NCBI GenBank assembly: GCA_963663275.1
Contig: OY760183.1
Span: forward strand, 640,001 to 704,000
DNA length: 64,000 nt
DNA from: Chloroflexota bacterium
Lineage (GTDB): Bacteria; Chloroflexota; UBA11872; VXOZ01
Reading direction: 5' to 3'
The translations under genes were made by a program, and so were the position numbers. A model generated the notes under the pieces. It searched no databases, was not told the DNA's origin, and saw nothing but the letters and a program-made list of their open reading frames with translations. Each line of letters begins with the position of its first letter. Position 1 is the stretch's first letter. Positions 46,545-56,287 of the stretch are shown in pieces.

Positions 46545-47609
46545 ATGAGCAGCGAACTGCGTGCCGGTGTGTTGGGCTTGGGCCGCGGCAGGAGCTTTGT
46601 GCGCGTGTTGAAGGCTATGCCCGGGGTGACCGTGGCGGCGGTGGCGGATATGAATGAAGAACGGCTGCAGGAGTTCGGCCGGGATCAAGGCATCCCCCAG
46701 TGCTTTGCCACACTCGAGGAGTTGGTTGCGGCCGACCTGGACCTGGTGGTGGTAGCGACGCCGGTGCCGCAGCACGCCGAAAATTCGATTGCGGTGCTCG
46801 AAGCGGGCATAAACGTCATCTCCGAAATTCCGACGCTCGCCACGCGGGAAGAGGCGGAGCAACTCGTGGCGGCGGCGCAGAAGAGCGACGCCATCTACAT
46901 GTGCGGCGAGAATTGCAGCTATTGGGCCTATGTTCACTCGCTGCAATACCTCAACGAGCGCGGCGACTTCGGCCACATCTTCGCCGCGGAAGCCGAGTAC
47001 ATCCACAACATTCCCAAGCTGCGGCGCGACGAGCACGGCAACCGCATGTGGCGGTCGTACATGGCGCCCATCACGTACCTCACGCACAGCCTGGGCCCGA
47101 TCATGTGGGTCACGGGGCAGTATCCGGTGGAAGTGACGTGCATGGGTACGGAGAACCACTTCGAGCCGGACCTCATCGACCTGCAATTCGCGCTCTTCCG
47201 CATGACGGACGACAGCGTGGTGCGCATCACGTGCTCCTTTGCCAACACCCACTGGGGCAATCACCGCCAGGTGTTCTTTGGCACCAAAGCGTCTTTTGAT
47301 TCCGGCTGGATCGGCAAAGACGAGCCGAAGTTCCGGTACGTGGGCGAAGACTTCTCGGTGCCCGACAACCTGCCGCTGGGCACGAACTTCCCGGAAGCGC
47401 CGGAACACGCGGCGCTGGGCGGCCACGGCACTGCCGAGTGGTATATGCTCACCGACTTCCTCAATGCCATCAGGACCGGCGGCACGCCCAAGCTCGACGT
47501 CTACGAAGGCATCATGTACAGCCTGCCGGGCGTCTGCGCCGCTGAATCCGCCGCCAACGGCGGCAAGCCGGTGGCTATTCCGCAGTACCAATTGCAGCGC
47601 AAGGGGTAG
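46545..47609 (+). CDS. Gfo/Idh/MocA oxidoreductase (tandem copy 1)
   Basis: GVLGLGRG, VATP..H, SEIP, YLTHSLGP. Confidence 0.9.
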   Translation: MSSELRAGVLGLGRGRSFVRVLKAMPGVTVAAVADMNEERLQEFGRDQGIPQCFATLEELVAADLDLVVVATPVPQHAENSIAVLEAGINVISEIPTLATREEAEQLVAAAQKSDAIYMCGENCSYWAYVHSLQYLNERGDFGHIFAAEAEYIHNIPKLRRDEHGNRMWRSYMAPITYLTHSLGPIMWVTGQYPVEVTCMGTENHFEPDLIDLQFALFRMTDDSVVRITCSFANTHWGNHRQVFFGTKASFDSGWIGKDEPKFRYVGEDFSVPDNLPLGTNFPEAPEHAALGGHGTAEWYMLTDFLNAIRTGGTPKLDVYEGIMYSLPGVCAAESAANGGKPVAIPQYQLQRKG

Positions 47610-47709
47610 CGGAACGGGCTCAAGCAGCAGGAGTTGACCGTTGGGACCAGGCGCAATTCTCAGAGAACGTGCGTAACGTCCCAAGCAAGACCAAAGCGAG
47701 GAAATGTAA

Positions 47710-48774
47710 ATGAGCAGCGAACTGCGTGCCGGTGTATTGGGTTTGGGGAGGGGCAAAAGCTTTGTGCCGGTGTTGCAGGCCATGGACGGGGTGACCGTGG
47801 CGGCGGTGGCGGATATGAATGCGGAGCGGCTGCAAGCGTTCGGCCGGGATCACGGCATCCCCCAATGCTTTACGACGTGCGCGGAGTTGCTTGCCGCCGA
47901 CCTGGACCTCGTGGTGGTGGCGACGCCGGTGGCGCAGCACGCCGAACAGGCAATCGCCGCGCTGGAGGCCGGGATACACGTAATCTCGGAGATTCCGACG
48001 ATTGGCACGCGCGAAGACGCGGAGCAACTCGTTGCGGCGGCGGAAAAAAGCGACGCCATCTACATGTGCGGCGAGAACTGCAACTACTGGGCGTTTGTGG
48101 ATTCTCTAAAGCGTCTCTACCGGCGCGGCGACTTCGGCCGCATCTTCGCCGCGGAAGCCGAGTACATCCACAACACTGCCACCTTGCGGCGTGACGAGCA
48201 CGGCAACCGCACCTGGCGCTGGTACATGGCGCCCATCACGTATATCACGCACAGTCTGGGCCCCATCATGTGGGTCACGGGTCAATATCCGGTGGAAGTA
48301 ACGTGTATGGGTACGGAAAGCAACTTCGAGCCGGGCCTCATCGACTTGCAGTGCGCGATTCTCCGCATGACGGACGGGAGCGTGGTGCGCATCGCGTGTT
48401 CGTTTTCCAACACCCACTGGGGCGGTCACCGCCAGGTGTACATGGGCACCAAGGCCACGTTCGATTCCGGCTGGATTGGCAAGGACGAGCCGAAGTTCCG
48501 GTACGCGGGCGAAGATTTCTCGGTACCCGACAACCTGCCGCTGGGCACAAGATACCCGGACGCGCCGGAGGCGGCCGCGCGTAGCGGCCGCGGCGCCGCC
48601 GAGTGGTATATGCTTACCGACTTCCTCACCGCCATCAGGACAGGCAGCGCGCCGGCCCTCGACGTGTACGAAGGCGTCATGCACAGCCTGGCCGGCGTCT
48701 GCGCCGCTGAATCCGCCGCCAACGGCGGCAAGCCGGTGGCCATCCCGCAATACCAATTACAGCGCGGCGCATAA
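47710..48774 (+). CDS. Gfo/Idh/MocA oxidoreductase (tandem copy 2)
   Basis: Same length (354 aa) and collinear with copy 1. Confidence 0.9.
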   Translation: MSSELRAGVLGLGRGKSFVPVLQAMDGVTVAAVADMNAERLQAFGRDHGIPQCFTTCAELLAADLDLVVVATPVAQHAEQAIAALEAGIHVISEIPTIGTREDAEQLVAAAEKSDAIYMCGENCNYWAFVDSLKRLYRRGDFGRIFAAEAEYIHNTATLRRDEHGNRTWRWYMAPITYITHSLGPIMWVTGQYPVEVTCMGTESNFEPGLIDLQCAILRMTDGSVVRIACSFSNTHWGGHRQVYMGTKATFDSGWIGKDEPKFRYAGEDFSVPDNLPLGTRYPDAPEAAARSGRGAAEWYMLTDFLTAIRTGSAPALDVYEGVMHSLAGVCAAESAANGGKPVAIPQYQLQRGA

Positions 48775-48844
48775 ATCACGGCGGCAAGCGCACGGACTCC
48801 CGCTCCCTGGGGAGAGTGCTAGCAAAGGGACTCCCTCTCCCTCA

Positions 48845-48986
48845 GGAGACCTTTGCATAACCCCTTGCCCATTGAGGGGGAAGGCTGGGATGGGGATGAA
48901 ATGGCTTGACGGTATGCCTTATTTAGTTGTAACACCGCTCTGGATTCCGGCTTTCGCCGGAATGACAGAGTTATGCAAAGGCCTCC
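48845..48986. mobile_element. 142-bp MITE in reverse orientation, inserted in a D-family hairpin
   Basis: CTCAG at 48841-48845 and 48986-48990; TIRs GGAGACCTTTGCATAAC / GTTATGCAAAGGCCTCC. Confidence 0.88.
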
Positions 48987-49146
48987 TCAGGGAGAGGGCC
49001 GGGGTGAGGGGGTAATGTTGTCGCATTGAACGCAATGAAAATGAAGACCACGCTCGTTTCTCCGATAGCGCAGGTTCGCGCGGGAGGTGCGCGCAACCTG
49101 CGTCTTCCGTAGGGTCAATCAATTCCGTTCTCATTTTTCTTGTTCC

Positions 49147-49381
49147 GGCGGGGGGCAAGCCCCCGCGCTACGTTGACGCGACAGCAATGGGTGAAGGTGG
49201 ACAAGCCCCCGCGCTACGTTAACGCTCATTGTTTTTGTTCCGGCGGGGGACAAGCCTCCGCGCTACGTTAATGCGACAGCATTGGGTGAGGGGGCAAGGC
49301 AGCGCCGTTCCAGACCACCCCAAAGAGCCGGTGGAACTACGCAGCGCCGTTCCAGACCATCTCCAACAAGCCGGCGGAACT
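49147..49381. repeat. REP-C x3 with shared tail, then a 2x ~42-bp repeat
   Basis: GCAGCGCCGTTCCAGACCA repeated at about 49299 and 49341. Confidence 0.8.
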
Positions 49382-49388
49382 ACCCAGA

Positions 49389-50609
49389 ATGCGCCAAAGA
49401 GGAGGCATAACCGTGCTCGATGCTCCGCACTTTCCCGGGATTCATCCGGAGACGACCGCTTTGCGCGCGGCGTTGGCTCACGCCGGTGTCGTCAATCCGC
49501 ATACGGGCGAACCCTTCACCGAGGCTATGGTCTTCGGCATTGCCGGCGGCGTCGGCGCTGGTGTGTTCCACTTCTACTACGCCGCCGAGGATTTCGCCAG
49601 CTTCTACGTTGCCGGACGGCATAGCTGGCACGACAGCGACGTGTATCTCAACAATGCCTGCCTGCGCTTTGGCGTCACGCCCGCCGTCCACGAATCCGGC
49701 GGCAAGAAGAAGGCCGCTACCCTTTTGGCCGGCGCGGTTGCGGCTACCGGCTGCGCCATTGCCTGGGTGGACATGGGCCTCCTGCCCTATCGGGGCGCGC
49801 CGGCGGGCATGGAAGGCGGCGGCTACCACGTGGTGACGGTCTACCGCCTGGCTGACGGCGAGGCGCTGGTTGGCGATCTTACCAATGAGCCGATTGCCCT
49901 CTCCCTGGACGACCTGGCGGCGGCCCGGGCGCGCATCAAGAAGCAGAAGAACCGCGTGATGACCGTTGCCGCCGGGGAGCGGGACGTCGACCTGCGCGCA
50001 GCGGCCTTGGCGGGCATCGCGGCCTGCCACGACGGCCTGCAAAACCAGCGCATGAAGAACTTCACCCTGGAGGCGTTCAAGACCTGGGCCGATCGCATCC
50101 ACGGCAGCCGCGGCAAGGATAGCTGGGAGCAGGTCTTTCCGCCGGGGCACCGCCTGCTGCAGGGCCTGCGCTCGGTCTACGACTTCATCGAGCACTACCA
50201 CACCGGCGGCGGCTTGATGCGCCCGCTCTACGCCGCCTTCTTCCGCGAGGCGGCCGCGGCCCTGGACGATGAGTCCTTCCTGCCGCTGGCGGAGATGTAC
50301 GCCAAACTCGGCCGGCAGTGGAGCGAACTGGCCGACGCGGCGCTGCCTGATGACGTGGCGCCCTTCCGCGAAGCGAAAGCGTTGCTCGCCCGCCGGGAGG
50401 CGCTCTTCCTCAGCCACGCGCCGGCCGCTACCGCGGAGATCGAAGACATCTGGTCCCAACTCGGCGCTTTGGAGCAGGCCATGAGCCAGGACTTCCCGCT
50501 CACGGACGCCGAAAGCGCCAACCTCAGAGCCGCGCTGCGGGAACGCATCCTGGACATCTACGCCCAGGAACGCGCCGCCCATGAGGCGTTGGGCGCTCTG
50601 GTAAGCTAG
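49389..50609 (+). CDS. BtrH N-terminal / DUF4872 domain protein
   Basis: EAMVFGIAGG, WVDM..LPY, YHVV.V, TGGGLMRPLYA.F. Confidence 0.75.
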   Translation: MRQRGGITVLDAPHFPGIHPETTALRAALAHAGVVNPHTGEPFTEAMVFGIAGGVGAGVFHFYYAAEDFASFYVAGRHSWHDSDVYLNNACLRFGVTPAVHESGGKKKAATLLAGAVAATGCAIAWVDMGLLPYRGAPAGMEGGGYHVVTVYRLADGEALVGDLTNEPIALSLDDLAAARARIKKQKNRVMTVAAGERDVDLRAAALAGIAACHDGLQNQRMKNFTLEAFKTWADRIHGSRGKDSWEQVFPPGHRLLQGLRSVYDFIEHYHTGGGLMRPLYAAFFREAAAALDDESFLPLAEMYAKLGRQWSELADAALPDDVAPFREAKALLARREALFLSHAPAATAEIEDIWSQLGALEQAMSQDFPLTDAESANLRAALRERILDIYAQERAAHEALGALVS

Positions 50610-50676
50610 GCTCCTTGTGGCTGCATGGCTGCTGCAGCATGTTTCGCCACCGAACGATGCATCGTAGCGCGGAGGC

Positions 50677-51282
50677 CTAATGCCGCAGCGCGCGCCGCAC
50701 TTCGTCGATGAGCATCGGCTCGGCCTGGAGCCGGATGGCGCTTTGCAGGTCGGCCCGCGCCTTGTCGGGACTGCCGGTGTAGCCGTGCGCCAGCGCGCGG
50801 AAGGCGTAGGCGCGGGCATGGCCGCCGTCGAGCTGAATCGCGCGGGTGAACTCCGCTATTGCGCCGTCGAAATCGCCAAGGTCGTAGTACGCGAGACCGC
50901 GCGCGAAATGCCGGGCGGACGGATCTTCCGCCGGTCTGGACGTGGCCGCCGCGGTTGCGCGGGGTGGCTCGGCCAGAGACTCCGCGGGCGCTCGCGCCTC
51001 GGGTTCACTGCGCCAGGTGTAGTAGGTGAGCGGGTGACTCGAATAGGTGAGCCTGTGCGGGATTTCCCCACTGGCGTAGCCCGCCTGGCGGCTGTAGTAA
51101 TCCTTGTAGATGAAAGCGTTGGCGCGGTCGAAGTGCCCCGCCAATTCCGCGCGCGGCGTCGTGGCCACCCAGCGATAGTCCAGGCGCGCTTGCTTTGCCT
51201 CCGGCGCGGACGCCCCGCTCGCATCGCAAGCCGCCAGGGCGAGCATGAACAGGAGCATCAACCGGAGTAGCGATCGTCTCAT
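50677..51282 (-). CDS. Lipoprotein with C-terminal TPR repeats
   Basis: Lipobox LAAC; RGLAYYDLGDFDGAIAEFTRAIQLD. Confidence 0.78.
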   Translation of the reverse strand: MRRSLLRLMLLFMLALAACDASGASAPEAKQARLDYRWVATTPRAELAGHFDRANAFIYKDYYSRQAGYASGEIPHRLTYSSHPLTYYTWRSEPEARAPAESLAEPPRATAAATSRPAEDPSARHFARGLAYYDLGDFDGAIAEFTRAIQLDGGHARAYAFRALAHGYTGSPDKARADLQSAIRLQAEPMLIDEVRRALRH

Positions 51283-51699
51283 GCTCTTTCCTCGGTATGC
51301 TTCCCTTTTGCCCGGTTGATCACTATTTCACCACGTCACGGCGCGCCTTGCTACTCCCAAGCCGCTTTTCCAGCTTCTCCCAGCCCTCTGCGGGAGCGGC
51401 GCGGAGGCTCGAGCATAGATTTCCGTCCCCCGCCGCTTGCGCAGGTTACAAACCTGGGCTACCGGAGAAGATGGCCGCGCCTGGCGGCCCCGCTCCGGCG
51501 GTGGAGGTTCGCTTGGCCGTCCGGTAGAACGGCGGCGCGCGCCGGAAGTATATACTGTCAAGGTGGTTCTTTCTGACGGATATAGTCTGCTATGCCACGC
51601 TGACGCGCCGCCGTCACCGGCTGCGCGGAATGGCGCAGTTGGCATACCGGCCGCTTGCCGGAGAAGTCACGCACCCTGAGGCGGATGGGAACACGCGAT

Positions 51700-53103
51700 A
51701 TGGACCCGGTAGCAGATTTGTGCAGATTTGTTGCGGCCTTGCGGTACGATGACCTGCCGCCGGGCGCGGTAGCCGCAGTCAAGGCGCAGATCGCCGACGC
51801 TCTGGCGTGCGCCTTGGCCGGGTCGGCGGCGCCGTTGAGCGCGGCAATCGCGGCGCGCCACGCCCGCTGGGGCGGCGCGCCGGAAGCGACAACGCTGGTC
51901 TACAGCCACCGCCTGCCCGCGCCCACGGCGGCCTGGCTCAACGCGGCCATGATCCACGCCCACGACTTCGACGACTCGCATCGCGCCTCAAACCAACACG
52001 TGTTCGTAACGGTCCTGCCCGCCGCGCTGGCCGTTGGCGAGAGTCTGGGCCGGCCGCTCGCCGGGCGCGACATGATAACGGCCCTCGCCGCCGGGGCGGA
52101 GTTGCAGATTCGCGTGGGTCTCTCCGTGCTGCCGTCCATGCACGTCGGTTGGCTGCCCACGGCGGTCTTCGGCGGATTGGGCGCGGCGGCGGCCGGCGCC
52201 AGGCTGCTCGGTTTGGACGTGGATCGCACGGCCAACGCCGTCGGGCTGGCCTACGCGCAAACGCAGGGCAACCGCCAGGGCCTGCTGGAAGGGACGCTCG
52301 CCAAGCGCCTGACGCCGGCCTTCAGCGCCCGCGCGGGCGTGCACGCCGCCATGTTGGCGGAAATCGGCGTCACCGGCCCCCGCGCGCTCACCGCGGGCGA
52401 CTTTGGCCTCTTCGCGCTCTTTGGCGGCGCGGACGGCGATGGCGGCGGCGATCCGGCCGCGCTCACGGCGGGGCTGGGCGCGCGCTTCGCCGTGGAAGAC
52501 ATCGCCTTGAAGCCGTATCCCTGCTGCCGCGCCGCGCACCGGCCCATCGACATGGCGCTGGAGGCCGCGGCGGCACTGCGACCGTTCGACCCGGATGCCA
52601 TCGCCGCCGTGGAGCTTTGGCTGCATCCGCGCGCCCACGCGCTCATCGGCCAGCCCTTCCACATCCGGCAGAATCCCCAGGTGGACGCGCAGTTCAGCGC
52701 GCAGTGGACGGTGGCGTTCGCGCTGCTGCGGGGCGCGCCCGGGCTGGCGGACTTCGCACCGGAGGCCGTGCGCGCGGCCGCGGACGTGCAGGCCCTGGCC
52801 GCCAAGATCCAGGTGCGCCGCCTGCCCGACGCCGACCCGGCTACGTTGGAAAGCCTCACGCTAACACTCCAAGACGGACGCCAAACCACCATCCGCCACG
52901 CCGAAATCAAAGGCGAACCCGGCCTGCCGCTCTCCCGCGCGGAACGCCTGGCAAAGTTCACCGCCGGCGCCGCTTACGCCCACACCCCGCTGGACGCGCA
53001 AACGGCGGAGCGGGTCTTCCGCGCAATCGAACGGCTGGAGACGCTGGACGACCTGCGCCCGCTCATCGCGCAACTAGCGCCGTCGTCAGGCGCGGCGCGC
53101 TAA
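51700..53103 (+). CDS. MmgE/PrpD-family protein
   Basis: HAHDFDDSH, KPYPCCR..H, AQFS. Confidence 0.9.
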   Translation: MDPVADLCRFVAALRYDDLPPGAVAAVKAQIADALACALAGSAAPLSAAIAARHARWGGAPEATTLVYSHRLPAPTAAWLNAAMIHAHDFDDSHRASNQHVFVTVLPAALAVGESLGRPLAGRDMITALAAGAELQIRVGLSVLPSMHVGWLPTAVFGGLGAAAAGARLLGLDVDRTANAVGLAYAQTQGNRQGLLEGTLAKRLTPAFSARAGVHAAMLAEIGVTGPRALTAGDFGLFALFGGADGDGGGDPAALTAGLGARFAVEDIALKPYPCCRAAHRPIDMALEAAAALRPFDPDAIAAVELWLHPRAHALIGQPFHIRQNPQVDAQFSAQWTVAFALLRGAPGLADFAPEAVRAAADVQALAAKIQVRRLPDADPATLESLTLTLQDGRQTTIRHAEIKGEPGLPLSRAERLAKFTAGAAYAHTPLDAQTAERVFRAIERLETLDDLRPLIAQLAPSSGAAR

Positions 53104-53274
53104 GCGGGGTAGGCGACGAAACGGCAGGCAGTTGCGTAAGTGGTCGGGTCTTTCGCGGAATCAAAGAAGCATCCGTTCATCCTTCGGCCCTTCGACAAGC
53201 TCAGGGCAGTCAGGCTCGGGACGAACGGATACTCGCTCTTGCATGGCGGAGAATACGCAAGGGTTATCCGGTGT

Positions 53275-53994
53275 TCAAGGCACGAACTTTATCAACGCAA
53301 CCGCAAGACTGACGCTTGCGATATTGACGGCTATAATACCCATGCCCATGATCCACAAGTGGCGATAGAGATCCGCACCCAGCTTTTGGATGTCGGTTTG
53401 CAACTCTGCATGTATCACGCGGACGTTGCCCTGCACCGCTTGGATGTCTGCTTGCAACTCTCCTTGCATCACGCGGGCGTTGTCCCCCACCGCCTGGATG
53501 TCGCTTTGCAGTTCCCCTTGCATCACGCGGGCGTTGCCCTGCACCGCTTGGATGTCTGCTTGCAACTCCCCTTGCATCACGCGGGCGTTGTCCCGTACCG
53601 TGTGGATGTCGCTTTGCAACTCCCCTTGCATCATGTGGGCGTTGTCCCGCACCGCTTGGATGTCTGTTTGCAACTCCCCTTGCATCACGCGGGAGTCGCT
53701 CCGCATCGCGTGGATGTCGTTCTGCATGACGCGGATCGTCTCTTGCATCGCGTGGATGTCCTCTTGCGTCGTGCGGATGTCGTTCTGCATGACGCCGACC
53801 TTCTCTTGAATCGCGTGGATGTCGGCCTGCATTATGCGCATGTCGGCCCGCATCACCTGGAGGTCGGCTTTGGTGGCCAACTCGCCGGTAGCCTCTTCCC
53901 AGACCTCTACCAAAGCGCCGGCTTGGGATTCGGAAAACCCGGCCGTATTGAGCAACCGCGCCGCCTTGAGTGTGTCGAATGGAGTTGCCGCCAT
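53275..53994 (-). CDS. DUF1640/CCDC90-like membrane-anchored coiled-coil protein with tandem repeats
   Basis: FDTLKAAR.L..AGF...QA...LATKADL head; heptad then 18-aa repeats; C-terminal TM. Confidence 0.8.
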   Translation of the reverse strand: MAATPFDTLKAARLLNTAGFSESQAGALVEVWEEATGELATKADLQVMRADMRIMQADIHAIQEKVGVMQNDIRTTQEDIHAMQETIRVMQNDIHAMRSDSRVMQGELQTDIQAVRDNAHMMQGELQSDIHTVRDNARVMQGELQADIQAVQGNARVMQGELQSDIQAVGDNARVMQGELQADIQAVQGNVRVIHAELQTDIQKLGADLYRHLWIMGMGIIAVNIASVSLAVALIKFVP

Positions 53995-54230
53995 TGCGCC
54001 TCTCTCCGGTATCCGCGCGTCAGGACTATCATAAACATCATGGTACTACCGCTGCCTCTTTGGAGCAAGACGCTGCGCCGCGCCCAGCGGACCGGGAGCG
54101 GCGGCAAGCGGCGCGATTCTCGCGGCGCCACCGCGCGGTTTACTTTGGCAGATAGTTCACCGAAAATGGTGTGTGGGCGCATCCACAATACCGGAACGAG
54201 ATACGCGCCTATGCTAAGAGACAGGAGCAG

Positions 54231-55007
54231 ATGATGAACGCACTTGAGGGGCGGCGGGCGTTGGTGACCGGCGCGGGGATTGGCATTGGGCAGGGCATTG
54301 CGCTCGAATTGGCGCGGCAGGGGGCGGCGGTGGCCGTGCACTACTATGCCGACAGCGTGGCCGGCGGGCAGGAGACCGTGGCGGCAATCGAGGCGAGCGG
54401 CGGCACGGCGCTGCCAATCGAGGCCGACCTGACGGACGTGGCGGCCTGCCGCCGGGCGGTGGACGAAGCGGCGGCCGGCTTGGGCGGCCTGGACGTGCTG
54501 ATAAACAACGCCGGCGTGACCGTGGAGACGCCCTTTCAGGAGACCAGCGAAACGCACTACAACCTGATGTTCGACCTGAACGTGCGCGGCTACTTCTTCT
54601 GCGCGCAACAGGCGCTGCCCCACATGCTGGCGCGGGGCGGCGGCAGTATTGTCAATATCTCTTCCGTGCACGGCTACGGGGGGTATGCGTCCCACGTGGC
54701 GTACGCCGGCACCAAAGGCGCGGTGAACGCTCTGACCCGCACGCTGGCAATCGAGCTTGCGCCGCAGCGCATTCGGGTCAATACGATTGGGCCGGGCCTC
54801 ATCGAGGTGCCGCGCTACTTCGACAACCCGGCGTACACCACTGAGAAAGGCGCGCGCCAGGTGCCCTGGGGGCGTGTGGGGCGTCCGAAGGACATCGGAC
54901 AGGTGGCGGCGTTCCTGGCCTCGGACGCCGCCGACTTCGTCACCGGACAGGTAATCTACGTGGACGGCGGCACCACGGCGGCCATGGCGCTGCAAGCGGC
55001 GGAGTAG
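54231..55007 (+). CDS. SDR-family oxidoreductase
   Basis: [17 protein letters not shown]. Confidence 0.92.
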   Translation: MMNALEGRRALVTGAGIGIGQGIALELARQGAAVAVHYYADSVAGGQETVAAIEASGGTALPIEADLTDVAACRRAVDEAAAGLGGLDVLINNAGVTVETPFQETSETHYNLMFDLNVRGYFFCAQQALPHMLARGGGSIVNISSVHGYGGYASHVAYAGTKGAVNALTRTLAIELAPQRIRVNTIGPGLIEVPRYFDNPAYTTEKGARQVPWGRVGRPKDIGQVAAFLASDAADFVTGQVIYVDGGTTAAMALQAAE

Positions 55008-55051
55008 CGGGGCGCCGCCCGCGCAATTGCCCTAGGCCGCGCCGCCGGCGG

Positions 55052-56065
55052 CTATTCGGAGTCCCCGGCAGCGCCTTCCTCTTCCAGGGAGAGCAACCGC
55101 AGTTCGTCCCCGATCAACTGATACCGGCGCACCACCTTTTGCGTGGGGCAGCACATCGCGTCTTCCGGCCCGTGGGCCACCATGCGCACCGTGATGACGC
55201 CTTCCGCGATGGCGAGCGCCTCCAGTTGAATGCGGTCGCCCAGCGCGGCGGAGGCCGCGTGCAGCGGCGCGCCGCCGCGATTGACGACGGCGGCCAGGGA
55301 GTAGAACGTGCCGCTGCCGCCGCCGCTTGCCGCCAATACCGCCACAGCGTCGTCCACCCCGTCGCCGTCAAGGTCGCCAAAGGCGATCTGTTCGCTCAAC
55401 GCCAGGTAGATTGTGCTTGCGGAGTCCGGGTCGATCTTCTCTTCATAGGTACCGTCTTGCAGTTGCGCCTGCCCGGCTTTGGGGAACTCAGACCGGTAGG
55501 TGGCGTTGCGCAGCGCCGCGGCGGTTAGCTCCGCCGGCGCTTCAGCGGCCGGCGGAGCAATCGTCTCTTCGGAGAGCAACGTCAGTTCGTCGTCGATCAA
55601 CTGATACCGGCGCACGACCCTCTGGGTGGGGCAGCACAGCGGGTCTTGCGGTCCATGCGCCACCATCTGCACGGTGATGACGCCCTCCGCGATGGTGAGC
55701 GTTTCCAGTTGAATGCGGTCGCCCAGCAGCAGGGCGGAGGAAACGTGCACCGCCGCGCCGCCTTGATTGATGACGGCGGCCAAGGAGTAGAACGTGCCGC
55801 TGCCGCCGCCGCTTACCGCAAACACCACCGCGGCATCGTCAATCCCATCGCCGTTCAGGTCGCCGTCCGCGGCGATCGTCTGTACCACGTCGTCTACGGA
55901 CGTCCTTACGGCGCTGTCCACCGCTTCGAAGGTGAGCGTGGTTTCTCCCTCCGCCGTGGTCTCAGTGACCTGTACCGTCACCGTCGAACATCCACCCAAC
56001 AGCGCCGCCAGCACGAGCAAAGCCACGGCTAACGCGCGGTAGCCGCCGAACAGACCACGATCCAT
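55052..56065 (-). CDS. Lipoprotein with two tandem homologous ~100-aa domains
   Basis: Lipobox LGGC; GDL(N/D)GDG.DDA...SGGGSGTFYSLAAV...CCPTQ occurs twice. Confidence 0.8.
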   Translation of the reverse strand: MDRGLFGGYRALAVALLVLAALLGGCSTVTVQVTETTAEGETTLTFEAVDSAVRTSVDDVVQTIAADGDLNGDGIDDAAVVFAVSGGGSGTFYSLAAVINQGGAAVHVSSALLLGDRIQLETLTIAEGVITVQMVAHGPQDPLCCPTQRVVRRYQLIDDELTLLSEETIAPPAAEAPAELTAAALRNATYRSEFPKAGQAQLQDGTYEEKIDPDSASTIYLALSEQIAFGDLDGDGVDDAVAVLAASGGGSGTFYSLAAVVNRGGAPLHAASAALGDRIQLEALAIAEGVITVRMVAHGPEDAMCCPTQKVVRRYQLIGDELRLLSLEEEGAAGDSE

Positions 56066-56287
56066 GAGCGCCTCTCCGTGCTTCCTGATGCGTTTCGTGC
56101 TATGTACAGGCTTGCGGCCATGCGGCGCGCGCCCTCTTCCCTTTCCCAGCCGCCGCGCCGCTAGCGCCGCGAGCGCCGGCGAGGAGCCTTGCGCTGGTCT
56201 TGCCACACTAATCATTGCATCCCGCGCGCTTGCCGTCTACAGGCGGGGGCGACTATTCTGCAACAGTGGCGTATCATTGGAGTTCCC

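Noticed and set aside
53140-54234. 364-aa His-rich repetitive plus-strand ORF
   Set aside because: Antisense reading of the DUF1640 repeat region.
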